Shown here piece by piece: positions 24,116-32,000 of a stretch of 32,000 nucleotides of DNA (the stretch's first letter is position 1; each line of letters starts with the position of its first letter). The translations under genes and the position numbers were made by a program. Source of the stretch: Microcystis aeruginosa NIES-843 (GTDB lineage: Bacteria; Cyanobacteriota; Cyanobacteriia; Cyanobacteriales; Microcystaceae); assembly GCF_000010625.1 (NCBI RefSeq), contig NC_010296.1:1650001-1682000 (forward strand), written 5' to 3'. The notes under the pieces were generated by a model. The model ran no database searches, was not told the DNA's origin, and worked only from the letters and a program-made list of their open reading frames with translations.

Positions 24116-25264
24116 TTAGTGAAAGTAGCTAAGAGAAGATTGTTTTTTGGCTAACACTTCTTGATAAACTAACTGTAAGCGATCAATATTTTTACTGAGA
24201 GTGTAAGAGTCTAAAACTCTTTGACGGGCTTTTTGTCCTAAAATTGTTGTTAATTCAGGATGCTCTCGTAATACGGGCAAGAAAGTTTTTAATTGGGTAA
24301 TTAGTCCTTTAGTATCTAGAACTATTCCCGCACCTTTTAACACTTCCCCATCGGCCCCCACATCCGTAGCCATACAAGCAACACCGCAGGCCATCGCTTC
24401 TAAGAGGGAAATCGATAAACCTTCCACTAATGAGGGTAAAATAAAGCAGTCAACCCCGCGCAAAATTTCAATTCGTTTATTTTCATCGCCGATAAAACCT
24501 AACCAGATAATACCATCTTCTTCTCCATAAAAAGGTTTGAGGGAAGGAGTTAACGGACCATCGCCAACAATGAGCAGTTTGCATCTACTCCCTAAATTGG
24601 TTTTTTTCCAAGCTTTCAATAAAGATTCTACATTTTTCTCCGGCATGATCCGACCGAGATAAACAAATAAACAATCGGCATTATATTGAGCTTTAATATT
24701 CGAGGGACCTGGACAATACTTATTAACATCAACCCCATTGGGAATAATTGCTAATTTTTCTTCGGGAACCCCCAATTTAACTAAAAAATCCCGTTGAGAG
24801 GTGGAAAAAATAATTACCTTATCGTAATTAGCTAAAAAAGGGGCGTGTAGTTGGTAGGTTAATAATTGGGTACTAGAGATGAGATTGCGAATTTTACTAT
24901 CAAAAGCCGGGTGAAAAGTCGCCACCAGAGGCAAATCTAAAGACTCACAAATTTCCGGTAGCAGAAAATCGAGGGGAGACAGGGGTAAGGACGCATGAAC
25001 TAGATCGGGTTTCAGTTCCCTGAGCTTATCCTGTAGAACCCGACTCGATTTCAGGGTGGGAATAGTATAGACTTGGGAACTATAGAGACGTGGCAGGGTG
25101 ATTTCGTCGTAAAAGTCGGGCCAATCGCTTACGGTGGGTTTTTCGGAAGAAAAATGCAGAAAACTGACTTGATAATCTCGATCGAGCAGGGAATTAGTCA
25201 CTTCTCGCCCATAGGTAACGTTACCGCAAAAAGGAGATTTTTTTCCTAACCAGGCAATGTGCAT
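24116..25264 (-). CDS. Glycosyltransferase family 4 (GT-B); DgdA/KtrE-like by synteny with ktrB
   Basis: 382 aa. The C-terminal GT1/GT4 motif is PSLVEGLSISLLEAMACGVACMATDVGADGEV. It ends 9 nt before the ktrB start. In Synechocystis the gene upstream of ktrB (slr1508, ktrE/dgdA) is such a GT. Confidence 0.8.
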   Translation of the reverse strand: MHIAWLGKKSPFCGNVTYGREVTNSLLDRDYQVSFLHFSSEKPTVSDWPDFYDEITLPRLYSSQVYTIPTLKSSRVLQDKLRELKPDLVHASLPLSPLDFLLPEICESLDLPLVATFHPAFDSKIRNLISSTQLLTYQLHAPFLANYDKVIIFSTSQRDFLVKLGVPEEKLAIIPNGVDVNKYCPGPSNIKAQYNADCLFVYLGRIMPEKNVESLLKAWKKTNLGSRCKLLIVGDGPLTPSLKPFYGEEDGIIWLGFIGDENKRIEILRGVDCFILPSLVEGLSISLLEAMACGVACMATDVGADGEVLKGAGIVLDTKGLITQLKTFLPVLREHPELTTILGQKARQRVLDSYTLSKNIDRLQLVYQEVLAKKQSSLSYFH

Positions 25265-25432
25265 TGAGATTCTCTTAAGAAAAAGTTAATTTAGCCAAAT
25301 ATCAGCTTACTAAATTAGCCGTAAAATTAAAAGCTAATAGAGTACCTAAAACAATTAATTACCCATCTAAGTCCTCAGCCAAAAATTGCCTTTTGTAAGA
25401 GTGCCTATTTGATAGTTAAAATTCTCGGCTTT

Positions 25433-25588
25433 TTACTGATTGGCCGAGGACTTGCGACGACGACAACGTTCTGAACAGTATTTGACCTCATGCCAACAGT
25501 TTTGCCACTTTTTGCGCCAAGTAAAGGATAAACCGCAAACGGGACAAATTTTACTGGGAAGATCGGACTTCGAGAGCTGACGTGCCAT
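25433..25588 (-). CDS. DUF2256 domain-containing zinc-ribbon protein, 51 aa (not in the supplied track)
   Basis: Hand translation gives [51 protein letters not shown]. The pattern C-x2-C...F-x-WRKKW...V-x-YCS-x-RC matches DUF2256. Confidence 0.7.
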   Translation of the reverse strand: MARQLSKSDLPSKICPVCGLSFTWRKKWQNCWHEVKYCSERCRRRKSSANQ

Positions 25589-25624
25589 GATTAAAATTAA
25601 AAAGTCAAAAACTGCGCCTTATCT

Positions 25625-26425
25625 ATGAGTGTAGATGAAAATAATCAGAGTTCCCCACTCGATCGCCTGAGAATTATTTTGGTCGAACCAGCAGGAGCCT
25701 TAAATGTGGGTTCCACCGCCAGAATTATGCGGAATATGGGCTTAAGTCGCTTAATTATCGTCAATCCCGCCTGTGATATCCTGGGAGAAGAAGCGCGACG
25801 CATGGCAGTACACGGGATTGAAGTCCTAGAAAACTGTTCACGGGTAGCCACCCTTGGGGAAGCTTTGCAGGGTTGTCATCGCATCATTGCCACCACCTCG
25901 AAACCCCGTCACCTGAATACTCCCCTCGAAACACCCCGGGCCGCTTTACCCTGGTTACTCACCCCTAACCTAGAATCGGCCTTAATTTTCGGGCCAGAAG
26001 ACCGGGGTTTAAGTAACAGCGAACTGAACCACGCCCAGCGTTTTGTCGGTATTCCCGCTAATCCTCAATATTCCTCCCTCAATCTCGCCCAAGCGGTGGC
26101 GGTTTGCTCCTACGAACTGTACCAAAGGGCGACGGAAAATAGGCTCGAACCCCCGTTAGAAACGCCCCCTAATGCCACTTTTGAGGCTCTAGAAGGCTAT
26201 TATCAGCACTTGGAGAGCTTTTTGCTCAAAATTGGCTATCTTTACCCCCACACCGCCGCCGCTAGGATGGAGAAATTCCGGCAATTTTATCATCGGGCCC
26301 GGCCCACGGTGGAGGAATTAGCCCTGCTGCGGGGTATTATCGGTCATATTGAAAGTATCGGGCAACTTTTTCTCGGTCTTGATAGTCTCAAGGGCAAGAA
26401 AAAAAATTCTCCTAGCGATCGATAA
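25625..26425 (+). CDS. SpoU/TrmH-class RNA 2'-O-methyltransferase, TrmJ/LasT-like
   Basis: 266 aa. RIILVEPAGALNVGSTARIMRNMG, LIFGPEDRGLSNSEL and IPANPQYSSLNLAQAVAV form the SPOUT knot motifs. Confidence 0.8.
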   Translation: MSVDENNQSSPLDRLRIILVEPAGALNVGSTARIMRNMGLSRLIIVNPACDILGEEARRMAVHGIEVLENCSRVATLGEALQGCHRIIATTSKPRHLNTPLETPRAALPWLLTPNLESALIFGPEDRGLSNSELNHAQRFVGIPANPQYSSLNLAQAVAVCSYELYQRATENRLEPPLETPPNATFEALEGYYQHLESFLLKIGYLYPHTAAARMEKFRQFYHRARPTVEELALLRGIIGHIESIGQLFLGLDSLKGKKKNSPSDR

Positions 26426-26440
26426 TAAATCTGGATACCC

Positions 26441-27634
26441 TTGAGGAAAACCGTGACTCGTCAAGTAACTCGTCGTCCTACTAAAGTCCAATCTGGCCCT
26501 GGGTCCCCTAAGTCCATGGACTCAAACAACAAAAAAAAGTCTTTACCGGTTAAAAGGGCAAAAAAACAGCGTAAACCTAACCTAATCGCTTCTTTTCTCC
26601 TTCAGGTTCTTCGCTTCTCTATCCTTGGTGTCGGTTTAGGTGCGATCGCTGGTACGGTTTTAACGGTGGTGGATCCGAGCAAATTACCCCTACATCCAAA
26701 ACCCACCGCTACTAATTCCCCGACTCCCAAACCCGTCACCCCAAAACCGACCACGTTAGTTTTCAACGAAAATCTCAGCAGCCTCAACCAGAAATTACAG
26801 GCTTTAGCGGTCAAATATCCGAAATTACAGGCGGGAGCTTTATTTATTGACCTCGATAACGGTGCTTACGCTAATTTTCGCGGAGATACTATTTTTGCCG
26901 CCGCTAGTACGATTAAAATCCCGATTCTGGTCGCCTTTTTTGAGGATGTGGATGCGGGAAAAATTCGTCTCGATGAACCCCTTGTGGCCACTAAGGATGT
27001 CCTGGCCAGTGGGTCCGGGGATATGCAGTATCTAGGAGTGAATAAAACCTATACTGCCCTAGAAACCGCCACTAAAATGAACGTAATTAGCGATAATACC
27101 GCTACTAATATGTTAATTAAGCGTATGGGCGGCAAAGAGGCTCTTAATCAGCGTTTTCAAGCTTGGGGTTTGACCAGTACGGTAATTAATAACGCTTTAC
27201 CTGACTTGGAAGGAACCAATACCACAAGTCCGAGAGATTTGGTGACAATCTTAGGAAAAGTTAATCAAGGGGAATTACTCAGTTTACGTTCCCGCGATCG
27301 TCTATTGAATATTATGCAGGAAACGCGCACTCGCACCCTGCTGCCGCAAGGTATCGAGAAATCCGCCGATATTGCCCATAAAACCGGTGATATTGGCTCG
27401 ATGTTAGCGGATGCGGGGATTATTGATATGCCTAACGGGAAACGCTATCTAGGAGCAGTGATGGTGAAACGTCCCCACAATGATAGTAACGCTAGGACTC
27501 TGATTCAACAAATATCGCGCACGGCCTACCAACACTTTAAATGGTATCAAACTCAACCCGCAGCCAAACCGCAACCGGTCGCCCAATCTTCTCCCTCTCC
27601 TAGTCCGGTCCTTAGTCCTAGTCCGGGTAATTAG
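26441..27634 (+). CDS. Membrane-anchored class A beta-lactamase-related serine hydrolase
   Basis: 397 aa with a basic N-terminus plus a TM. The motifs are S-x-x-K (AASTIKIP), SDN (ISDNTATN) and KTG (HKTGDIG). Linkers are Pro-rich. The start is uncertain: TTG 26441, GTG 26453 or ATG 26516. Confidence 0.75.
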   Translation: MRKTVTRQVTRRPTKVQSGPGSPKSMDSNNKKKSLPVKRAKKQRKPNLIASFLLQVLRFSILGVGLGAIAGTVLTVVDPSKLPLHPKPTATNSPTPKPVTPKPTTLVFNENLSSLNQKLQALAVKYPKLQAGALFIDLDNGAYANFRGDTIFAAASTIKIPILVAFFEDVDAGKIRLDEPLVATKDVLASGSGDMQYLGVNKTYTALETATKMNVISDNTATNMLIKRMGGKEALNQRFQAWGLTSTVINNALPDLEGTNTTSPRDLVTILGKVNQGELLSLRSRDRLLNIMQETRTRTLLPQGIEKSADIAHKTGDIGSMLADAGIIDMPNGKRYLGAVMVKRPHNDSNARTLIQQISRTAYQHFKWYQTQPAAKPQPVAQSSPSPSPVLSPSPGN

Positions 27635-27857
27635 GGTTTGCGGCAAAAAGTTTTTCGTGGGGGTAGGGTGTGGGGTGTGGGGTGTGGGGTGTGGGGTGTG
27701 GGGTTTTACCCATTTTCAGGTGGTCAATTACCTAATTTTCAGGGAAAAAGTCCAGGAATTTTGCCCCCGATCCCCGCAATGGCTGGCACTTTTTGAGGTC
27801 AAAAAAGTCTAAAAGTCTTATCCAACAAGGTTTTTAGATTTATTAAGCAAACCCTAA
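27632..27857 (+). mobile_element. MITE family A, complete copy (226 bp)
   Basis: Termini are TAGGGTTTGC (27632-27641) and GCAAACCCTAA (27847-27857). An internal (GGGTGTG)n array lies at 27663-27705. No ORF. The first three bases are the stop codon of the upstream gene. Confidence 0.7.
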
Positions 27858-27864
27858 TTAGCCC

Positions 27865-28131
27865 CTAGGTTAAATTATTGGCTAAAAGACGGGCCAATTG
27901 TTCGGCATTTGCCCGGGGGGAAAGACGAGGAAGGATTTTTTCCCCCGTGGCCAGTTTTTGACAGAGGACGGGGATTTCGTACTGATAAGCGTTAAACCAA
28001 TCCTCTCGACTGGTAATGTCCCTAATTTCTAACTGCCACTCCGGTTGACGGATTTTTTCTAGTTTTTCTAGCAACCCTTCGCAAAGATGACAGTCCGGTT
28101 TACTGTATAAAATTAGTTCTATGGTAGTCAT
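27865..28131 (-). CDS. Glutaredoxin-like (DUF836/thioredoxin-fold) protein
   Basis: 88 aa. LYSKPDCHLCEGL is a CxxC active-site context and the size is typical for the family. Confidence 0.7.
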   Translation of the reverse strand: MTTIELILYSKPDCHLCEGLLEKLEKIRQPEWQLEIRDITSREDWFNAYQYEIPVLCQKLATGEKILPRLSPRANAEQLARLLANNLT

Positions 28132-28136
28132 AAATA

Positions 28137-28257
28137 TTTAAGTAGGTAGGTGTTAAAAGTTGTCAGATCCCCCCACCTATCGGCACCCCCCTTATTAAGG
28201 GGGGCAGGGGGGATCAGAGGCAAAATCTATCTTCAATTTAATTATAACTACTTACTT
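28137..28257 (+). mobile_element. MITE family B, compact copy
   Basis: TTTAAGTAGGTAGGTGTTAAAAGTTGTCAGATCCCCCCACCTATCGGCACCCCCCTTATTAAGGGGGGCAGGGGGGATC...CAATTTAATTATAACTACTTACTT shares both ends with 6769-6990. Confidence 0.7.
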
Positions 28258-28497
28258 ATGTTCATTACCTCCACGATTAGTCTCTCATCAACAATTCTAC
28301 AAACTCCCACACCCACACCGACTTTAAATAATAATTTAGTTAATTCAGGTTCTCAAAATCTAGTCTATATCGGTGTGTTTCTTCTGGCAATTACCCTAGT
28401 CATGGTTATTGGTATTATCAATCAAAAAATTGAATACGCTCTCATTTTTGCCGCCACTCTCACTGCTATTTTAGTTGCTTTCTTCTGGTTTTTATAA
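28258..28497 (+). CDS. Hypothetical small membrane protein (79 aa, two predicted TM helices)
   Basis: This is the part of track ORF 28150-28497 that lies downstream of the MITE. It has hydrophobic segments VYIGVFLLAITLVMVIGII and LIFAATLTAILVAFFWF. No homology was recognised. Confidence 0.3.
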   Translation: MFITSTISLSSTILQTPTPTPTLNNNLVNSGSQNLVYIGVFLLAITLVMVIGIINQKIEYALIFAATLTAILVAFFWFL

Positions 28498-28656
28498 GTC
28501 CTTCAACCAAGGGGATTGAGGTCATGATATTCTGACTTCCCCAACCGACTCCTAACACCCTATATACAAGCAAAACGATCGGACTTATAATATAATTGTA
28601 TTGATTGTGGCTTGTTGCTAGAATCACCCCAAATTGACTCAATGGGTTTATAAACG

Positions 28657-29340
28657 ATGACAACCCTAGATATTGCTACCGATATTGTCTGTCCTCCCAC
28701 CGATTTATGGAGTGATGAACCACCCTTGGAAAGTGATCTGCATTTACAACAAATTATTTTATTATTATCTTGTCTTGATTGGCTCTGGCAAGATAGAAAC
28801 GATTACTATGCCTCGGGCAATTTGACTATTTATTATAACGAAAGACAACTAAAACAGCGAGATTTTTGTGGCCCAGATTTTTTCGTGGTTTTAGATACAG
28901 AGAAACGTCCCCGGAAAAGTTGGGTTGTCTGGGGAGAAGGGGGTAAATATCCCAATCTAATCATCGAAATTCTCTCCGATTCCACCACTAATGTGGACAG
29001 AAAAGCCAAAAAGGAACTATATCAGCATACTTTCCGGACTCCTGAATATTTTTGGTTTGATCCTAATACTTTAGAATGGCAAGGATTCACTTTAATCGAG
29101 GGACAATACCAACCGATTACCCCCAATGAAAACGGTTATTTATGGAGTAAGCAACTAGGATTATATTTAGGAATTTTTGCCAATAAATTGCGCTATTTCA
29201 CCGAATCAGGTGAATTGGTTCCCACCCCTCAAGAGTCGGCCCGACAGGAAAGATTAGCCAAAGAAAGAGAACAACAACGGGCGGAAAAATTAGCCCAAAA
29301 GCTGCGAGAATTGGGCATTAATCCCGATGAAATTGCTTAA
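28657..29340 (+). CDS. Uma2 family (DUF820) endonuclease with a C-terminal charged coiled-coil tail
   Basis: 227 aa. PDFFVV and IIEILSDST are core motifs. The tail RQERLAKEREQQRAEKLAQKLRELGINPDEI is common in cyanobacterial Uma2 proteins. Confidence 0.85.
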   Translation: MTTLDIATDIVCPPTDLWSDEPPLESDLHLQQIILLLSCLDWLWQDRNDYYASGNLTIYYNERQLKQRDFCGPDFFVVLDTEKRPRKSWVVWGEGGKYPNLIIEILSDSTTNVDRKAKKELYQHTFRTPEYFWFDPNTLEWQGFTLIEGQYQPITPNENGYLWSKQLGLYLGIFANKLRYFTESGELVPTPQESARQERLAKEREQQRAEKLAQKLRELGINPDEIA

Positions 29341-29512
29341 ATATCCTGTTGGAGGTGTTAGGGTGGAAACCATGGCGCAATTTTTCCTTAATTGCTAGGC
29401 ATTAAAACGAGTAATCCGAAACTCTGATTCTAGCCTAGAAATCATGGCAAAATCTCCACACTGATGTTACAATAATGACCAAGGGCAACAATCTTCAAAT
29501 ATAATTAATGCC

Positions 29513-30577
29513 ATGGTGCAAAAAATAGCTTTTTTTAATCATAAAGGTGGAGTCAGCAAAACTACAACCACTTTTAACCTTGGTTGGATGCTTGCTGAGA
29601 AGGGTAAAAGAGTAATTATTGTCGATACCGATCCCCAATGTAACTTAACTGGTATGGCTTTGGCTAAAGAAAGTGAAGATAGGGAGGAAAGACTACAAGC
29701 CATCTACAATACTTACTCTAATATTAAAACAGCTTTAGCACCTGCTTTTGAGTCTCAACCGAGATTAATTGAAGCTGTGGACTGTATTCCTATTGATGGT
29801 CGTGATCGTTTATTTCTATTGCCCGGTCATGTGGGATTAGCTGAATATGAAGTTATCCTAGGTATTGCTCAAGAACTTAGTGGGTCAATTCAGGCTTTAA
29901 AAAATCTCCCCGGTGCGATTACATATTTATTAGACAAAACTGCCGAAAGATTTGAAGCTGACTATATTTTAATCGATATGAGTCCCAGTTTGGGGTCAAT
30001 CAATCAAAATATACTGATGACCAGCAACTTTTTTATTGTGCCAACCACAGCGGATTTTTTCTCGGTTATGGCTATCGATTCTTTAACTAAAATCTTGCCT
30101 AAGTGGCACCAATGGGCTAAGGCAGCTAGTGCTTTACCAATTCTCAAAACAGCCAACTATCCCTTTCCCGAAGTTGACCTACATTTTTTGGGAACTATTG
30201 TTCAGAAATATCGAATCATAGGTGGCCAAGAAACAAAAGCTTTTCAAAACTGGATTAACACAATCGAGGAAAATATCGGCAATAAAATGATTCCAGCTTT
30301 AGAAAGAACTGGCATGATGCTACCGAAATTTATCTACGATCAGAATGGTGTACCGGCTTGCTGTACTCTAGTAAAAATACCTGATTTTAATAGTCTTATT
30401 GCCTTATCTCAAGAGCATCAAACGCCCGTTTTTGCGCTAACTGCTGAACAATTAGGATGGCAAGGTACAGTGTTAGATCAAGCCCAAGAAAAACAACAAA
30501 AATTTAAAGATATTTTTTCTGACTTAGCAGACAAAGTTATCGGTCTTACCTCCGAGATTTATGCAGTTAGCCATTGA
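29513..30577 (+). CDS. ParA/MinD-superfamily P-loop ATPase (deviant Walker A), long form
   Basis: 354 aa. The deviant Walker A is KIAFFNHKGGVSKTTT (29543-29563). The A' motif is VIIVDTDPQCNLT and Walker B is ILIDMSPSLG. It is about 100 aa longer than typical ParA and no parB-like gene is adjacent. Confidence 0.85.
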   Translation: MVQKIAFFNHKGGVSKTTTTFNLGWMLAEKGKRVIIVDTDPQCNLTGMALAKESEDREERLQAIYNTYSNIKTALAPAFESQPRLIEAVDCIPIDGRDRLFLLPGHVGLAEYEVILGIAQELSGSIQALKNLPGAITYLLDKTAERFEADYILIDMSPSLGSINQNILMTSNFFIVPTTADFFSVMAIDSLTKILPKWHQWAKAASALPILKTANYPFPEVDLHFLGTIVQKYRIIGGQETKAFQNWINTIEENIGNKMIPALERTGMMLPKFIYDQNGVPACCTLVKIPDFNSLIALSQEHQTPVFALTAEQLGWQGTVLDQAQEKQQKFKDIFSDLADKVIGLTSEIYAVSH

Positions 30578-31322
30578 ACAATTTCGCCTTAGTCTTGCCC
30601 GCGTTCGTGACTTGATCGCTATCCACAATTCCCTCAAATCTCAGACTACTTCCGCCCTAGATGTATCGGATATCCTCAGAGCCGCTTTAGTCCTGACTGT
30701 GAGCGCTTTAGATTATTATATTCACGAAGTGGTTACTCTAGGAATGCTAGAAATTTATCGAGGCCAACGTTCAGAACCTTCTCCCACTCCTAACAGTTCT
30801 CAATCTGCCTTTTCTCGTTTTCAAGTCTCCTTGAATGGCGCACGACAAGAACGATTGATAGCTATTAGTATTGGCTCTTGGTTAGAGAACGAAATTCAAC
30901 AAAACTACGGTTCTTTTTTTGATCAAGAATCTCGCTCAATTTCCGAGGTACTACCAATGATTGAAAATCTCCTCACCAACAAACTTAATAGTAATTATTG
31001 GCTAGAGACTGAAATTAGAGAAAACCTCAGATATAAAAGCTTTCAACAACCGGACAAGATAGCGGAGGCCATTAGATTAATTTCAGCCAAGAAATTGTGG
31101 GAAGAAGTGGCCAGCAAACTAAATAAACCAGCCAAAGATATTAAAAGCCAACTTAGCATAATTGTTGATCGAAGGAACAAAATCGCCCACGAAGCTGATA
31201 TAGACCCGAGTTATGGCATTGGCAGTCGCTGGAATATCGATGAAAATCTCGTTAATGATGCCGTTACCTTTATAGAACAGCTTGTTGAAAATATCCATCA
31301 GGTACTTGAGGACATCCACTAG
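30561..31322 (+). CDS. Predicted HEPN-domain protein (Rx4H motif; RiboL-PSP / MAE_28990-like class suspected)
   Basis: 253 aa and all-helical in appearance. VDRRNKIAHEAD carries R205-x4-H210 (31173-31190) in the C-terminal third, as in HEPN RNases. The start codon lies 17 nt inside the ATPase gene. Confidence 0.6.
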   Translation: MQLAIEQFRLSLARVRDLIAIHNSLKSQTTSALDVSDILRAALVLTVSALDYYIHEVVTLGMLEIYRGQRSEPSPTPNSSQSAFSRFQVSLNGARQERLIAISIGSWLENEIQQNYGSFFDQESRSISEVLPMIENLLTNKLNSNYWLETEIRENLRYKSFQQPDKIAEAIRLISAKKLWEEVASKLNKPAKDIKSQLSIIVDRRNKIAHEADIDPSYGIGSRWNIDENLVNDAVTFIEQLVENIHQVLEDIH

Positions 31323-31469
31323 CCGAGAATTTCCCCGGCAGTCCAGCCATCAATACTTATTGATTTCTCAGGGAATTATAACAATTATTAAATAATGTGT
31401 AGTTTTGTATACTGATGTCAAGAACTTAGCTACAATATCAAGTGGCGTAAGATATATAGAGATTAGCTA

Positions 31470-32000
31470 GTGAGTCGGCATCAAGACAGTCAAACTGACC
31501 GGAAACGAGAAGAAACACAGTTCACTCCTTACAGTGCAGAAGCGATCGCTCAACAATACCGTTACAAACCTTGGCAATTGTTTGGTCGCGCTTTCGTGAT
31601 TATTTGGTCTTTAGGATTATTTCTGCTCAGTCTCCTCTGGGACAAATGGACAAAGCAAGAAGAAGCCAATAAATACAGGCGTGCCAGCGAACTTAGGCAA
31701 ATTCTCACCCGTTTGGGTCCGACCTTCATCAAAGTCGGTCAAGCTCTCTCTACCCGTCCCGACCTCGTTCGCAAAGACTTTTTAGACGAATTAGTTAAAC
31801 TGCAAGACCAACTTCCCCCCTTCGATAACGACGTCGCTTTTGCCCTTATCGAGACAGAATTGGGGATGCCTGTAGAAAAAGCCTATCGAGAAATATCCCC
31901 CACCCCGGTAGCTGCCGCTAGTTTAGGACAGGTTTACAAAGCGATACTCCCCACCGGTGAAGAAGTAGCCGTTAAAGTGCAACGGCCCGGGCTGCGGGCG
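31470..32000 (+). CDS. ABC1/UbiB-family atypical kinase, 5' part (runs off the window)
   Basis: The frame is open from GTG 31470 to the window end (177 codons). LRQILTRLGPTFIKVGQALSTRPDLV...PVAAASLGQVYKA...VAVKVQRPG is the ABC1 domain signature. It is absent from the track because it has no stop. Confidence 0.85.
   Translation, partial: MSRHQDSQTDRKREETQFTPYSAEAIAQQYRYKPWQLFGRAFVIIWSLGLFLLSLLWDKWTKQEEANKYRRASELRQILTRLGPTFIKVGQALSTRPDLVRKDFLDELVKLQDQLPPFDNDVAFALIETELGMPVEKAYREISPTPVAAASLGQVYKAILPTGEEVAVKVQRPGLRA

Noticed and set aside
28150-28257. The N-terminal 36 codons of track ORF 28150-28497
   Set aside because: This part (MLKVVRSPHLSAPPLLRGAGGIRG…) is read from MITE family B sequence. 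The start at 28258 (MFITS…) is more plausible, although the whole ORF remains weakly supported.
27300-31541. Absence of perfect HIP1 (GCGATCGC) over ~4.2 kb as evidence that the ParA-HEPN region was horizontally acquired
   Set aside because: By eye I count only about 11 perfect HIP1 sites in the other ~27 kb, roughly 1 per 2.5 kb. A 4.2-kb gap is not statistically compelling. GC and codon-usage statistics would need to be computed.

Overview
This looks like a chromosomal window from a cyanobacterium, probably Microcystis. That is inferred from about 11 HIP1 GCGATCGC sites found by eye, the dense 7-8 nt tandem repeat arrays and MITE-like elements in nearly every intergenic gap, and the gene content. 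No database search was possible.

About 34 protein genes are credible and most are housekeeping. They include a PstS-family phosphate-binding lipoprotein, nirA, a LON-domain protein, a Crp/Fnr regulator, a ROK glucokinase, nadC, a DUF62 SAM hydrolase-type enzyme, a GNAT, a PP2C phosphatase and a SpoIID/LytB protein. Others are a glycosyltransferase-ktrB-ktrA operon, a TrmJ-like methyltransferase, a class-A beta-lactamase-like hydrolase and a partial ABC1 kinase gene. Three ORFs missing from the supplied track were added by hand: 15607-15768, 15923-16087 and 25433-25588. The 3'-partial ORF at 31470-32000 was also added by hand.

The most interesting items:
1. A translationally overlapped ParA-like ATPase plus HEPN (Rx4H) gene pair at 29513-31322, with no ParB partner. 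It is a candidate toxin/abortive-infection type conflict system.
2. A 786-nt ORF-less group II intron at 13747-14532 with a canonical domain V. It is inserted inside a (GGGTGTG)n repeat array, and an intron-free paralogous array lies at about 3741-3790.
3. A MITE family whose TAGGGTTTGC terminus supplies the TAG stop codon of three unrelated genes.
4. A perfect NtcA box in front of an unannotated 53-codon ORF that has its own terminator.
5. A second MITE family that abuts start codons and recodes one gene's C-terminus.

All homology calls rest on motif recognition by eye and carry that uncertainty.
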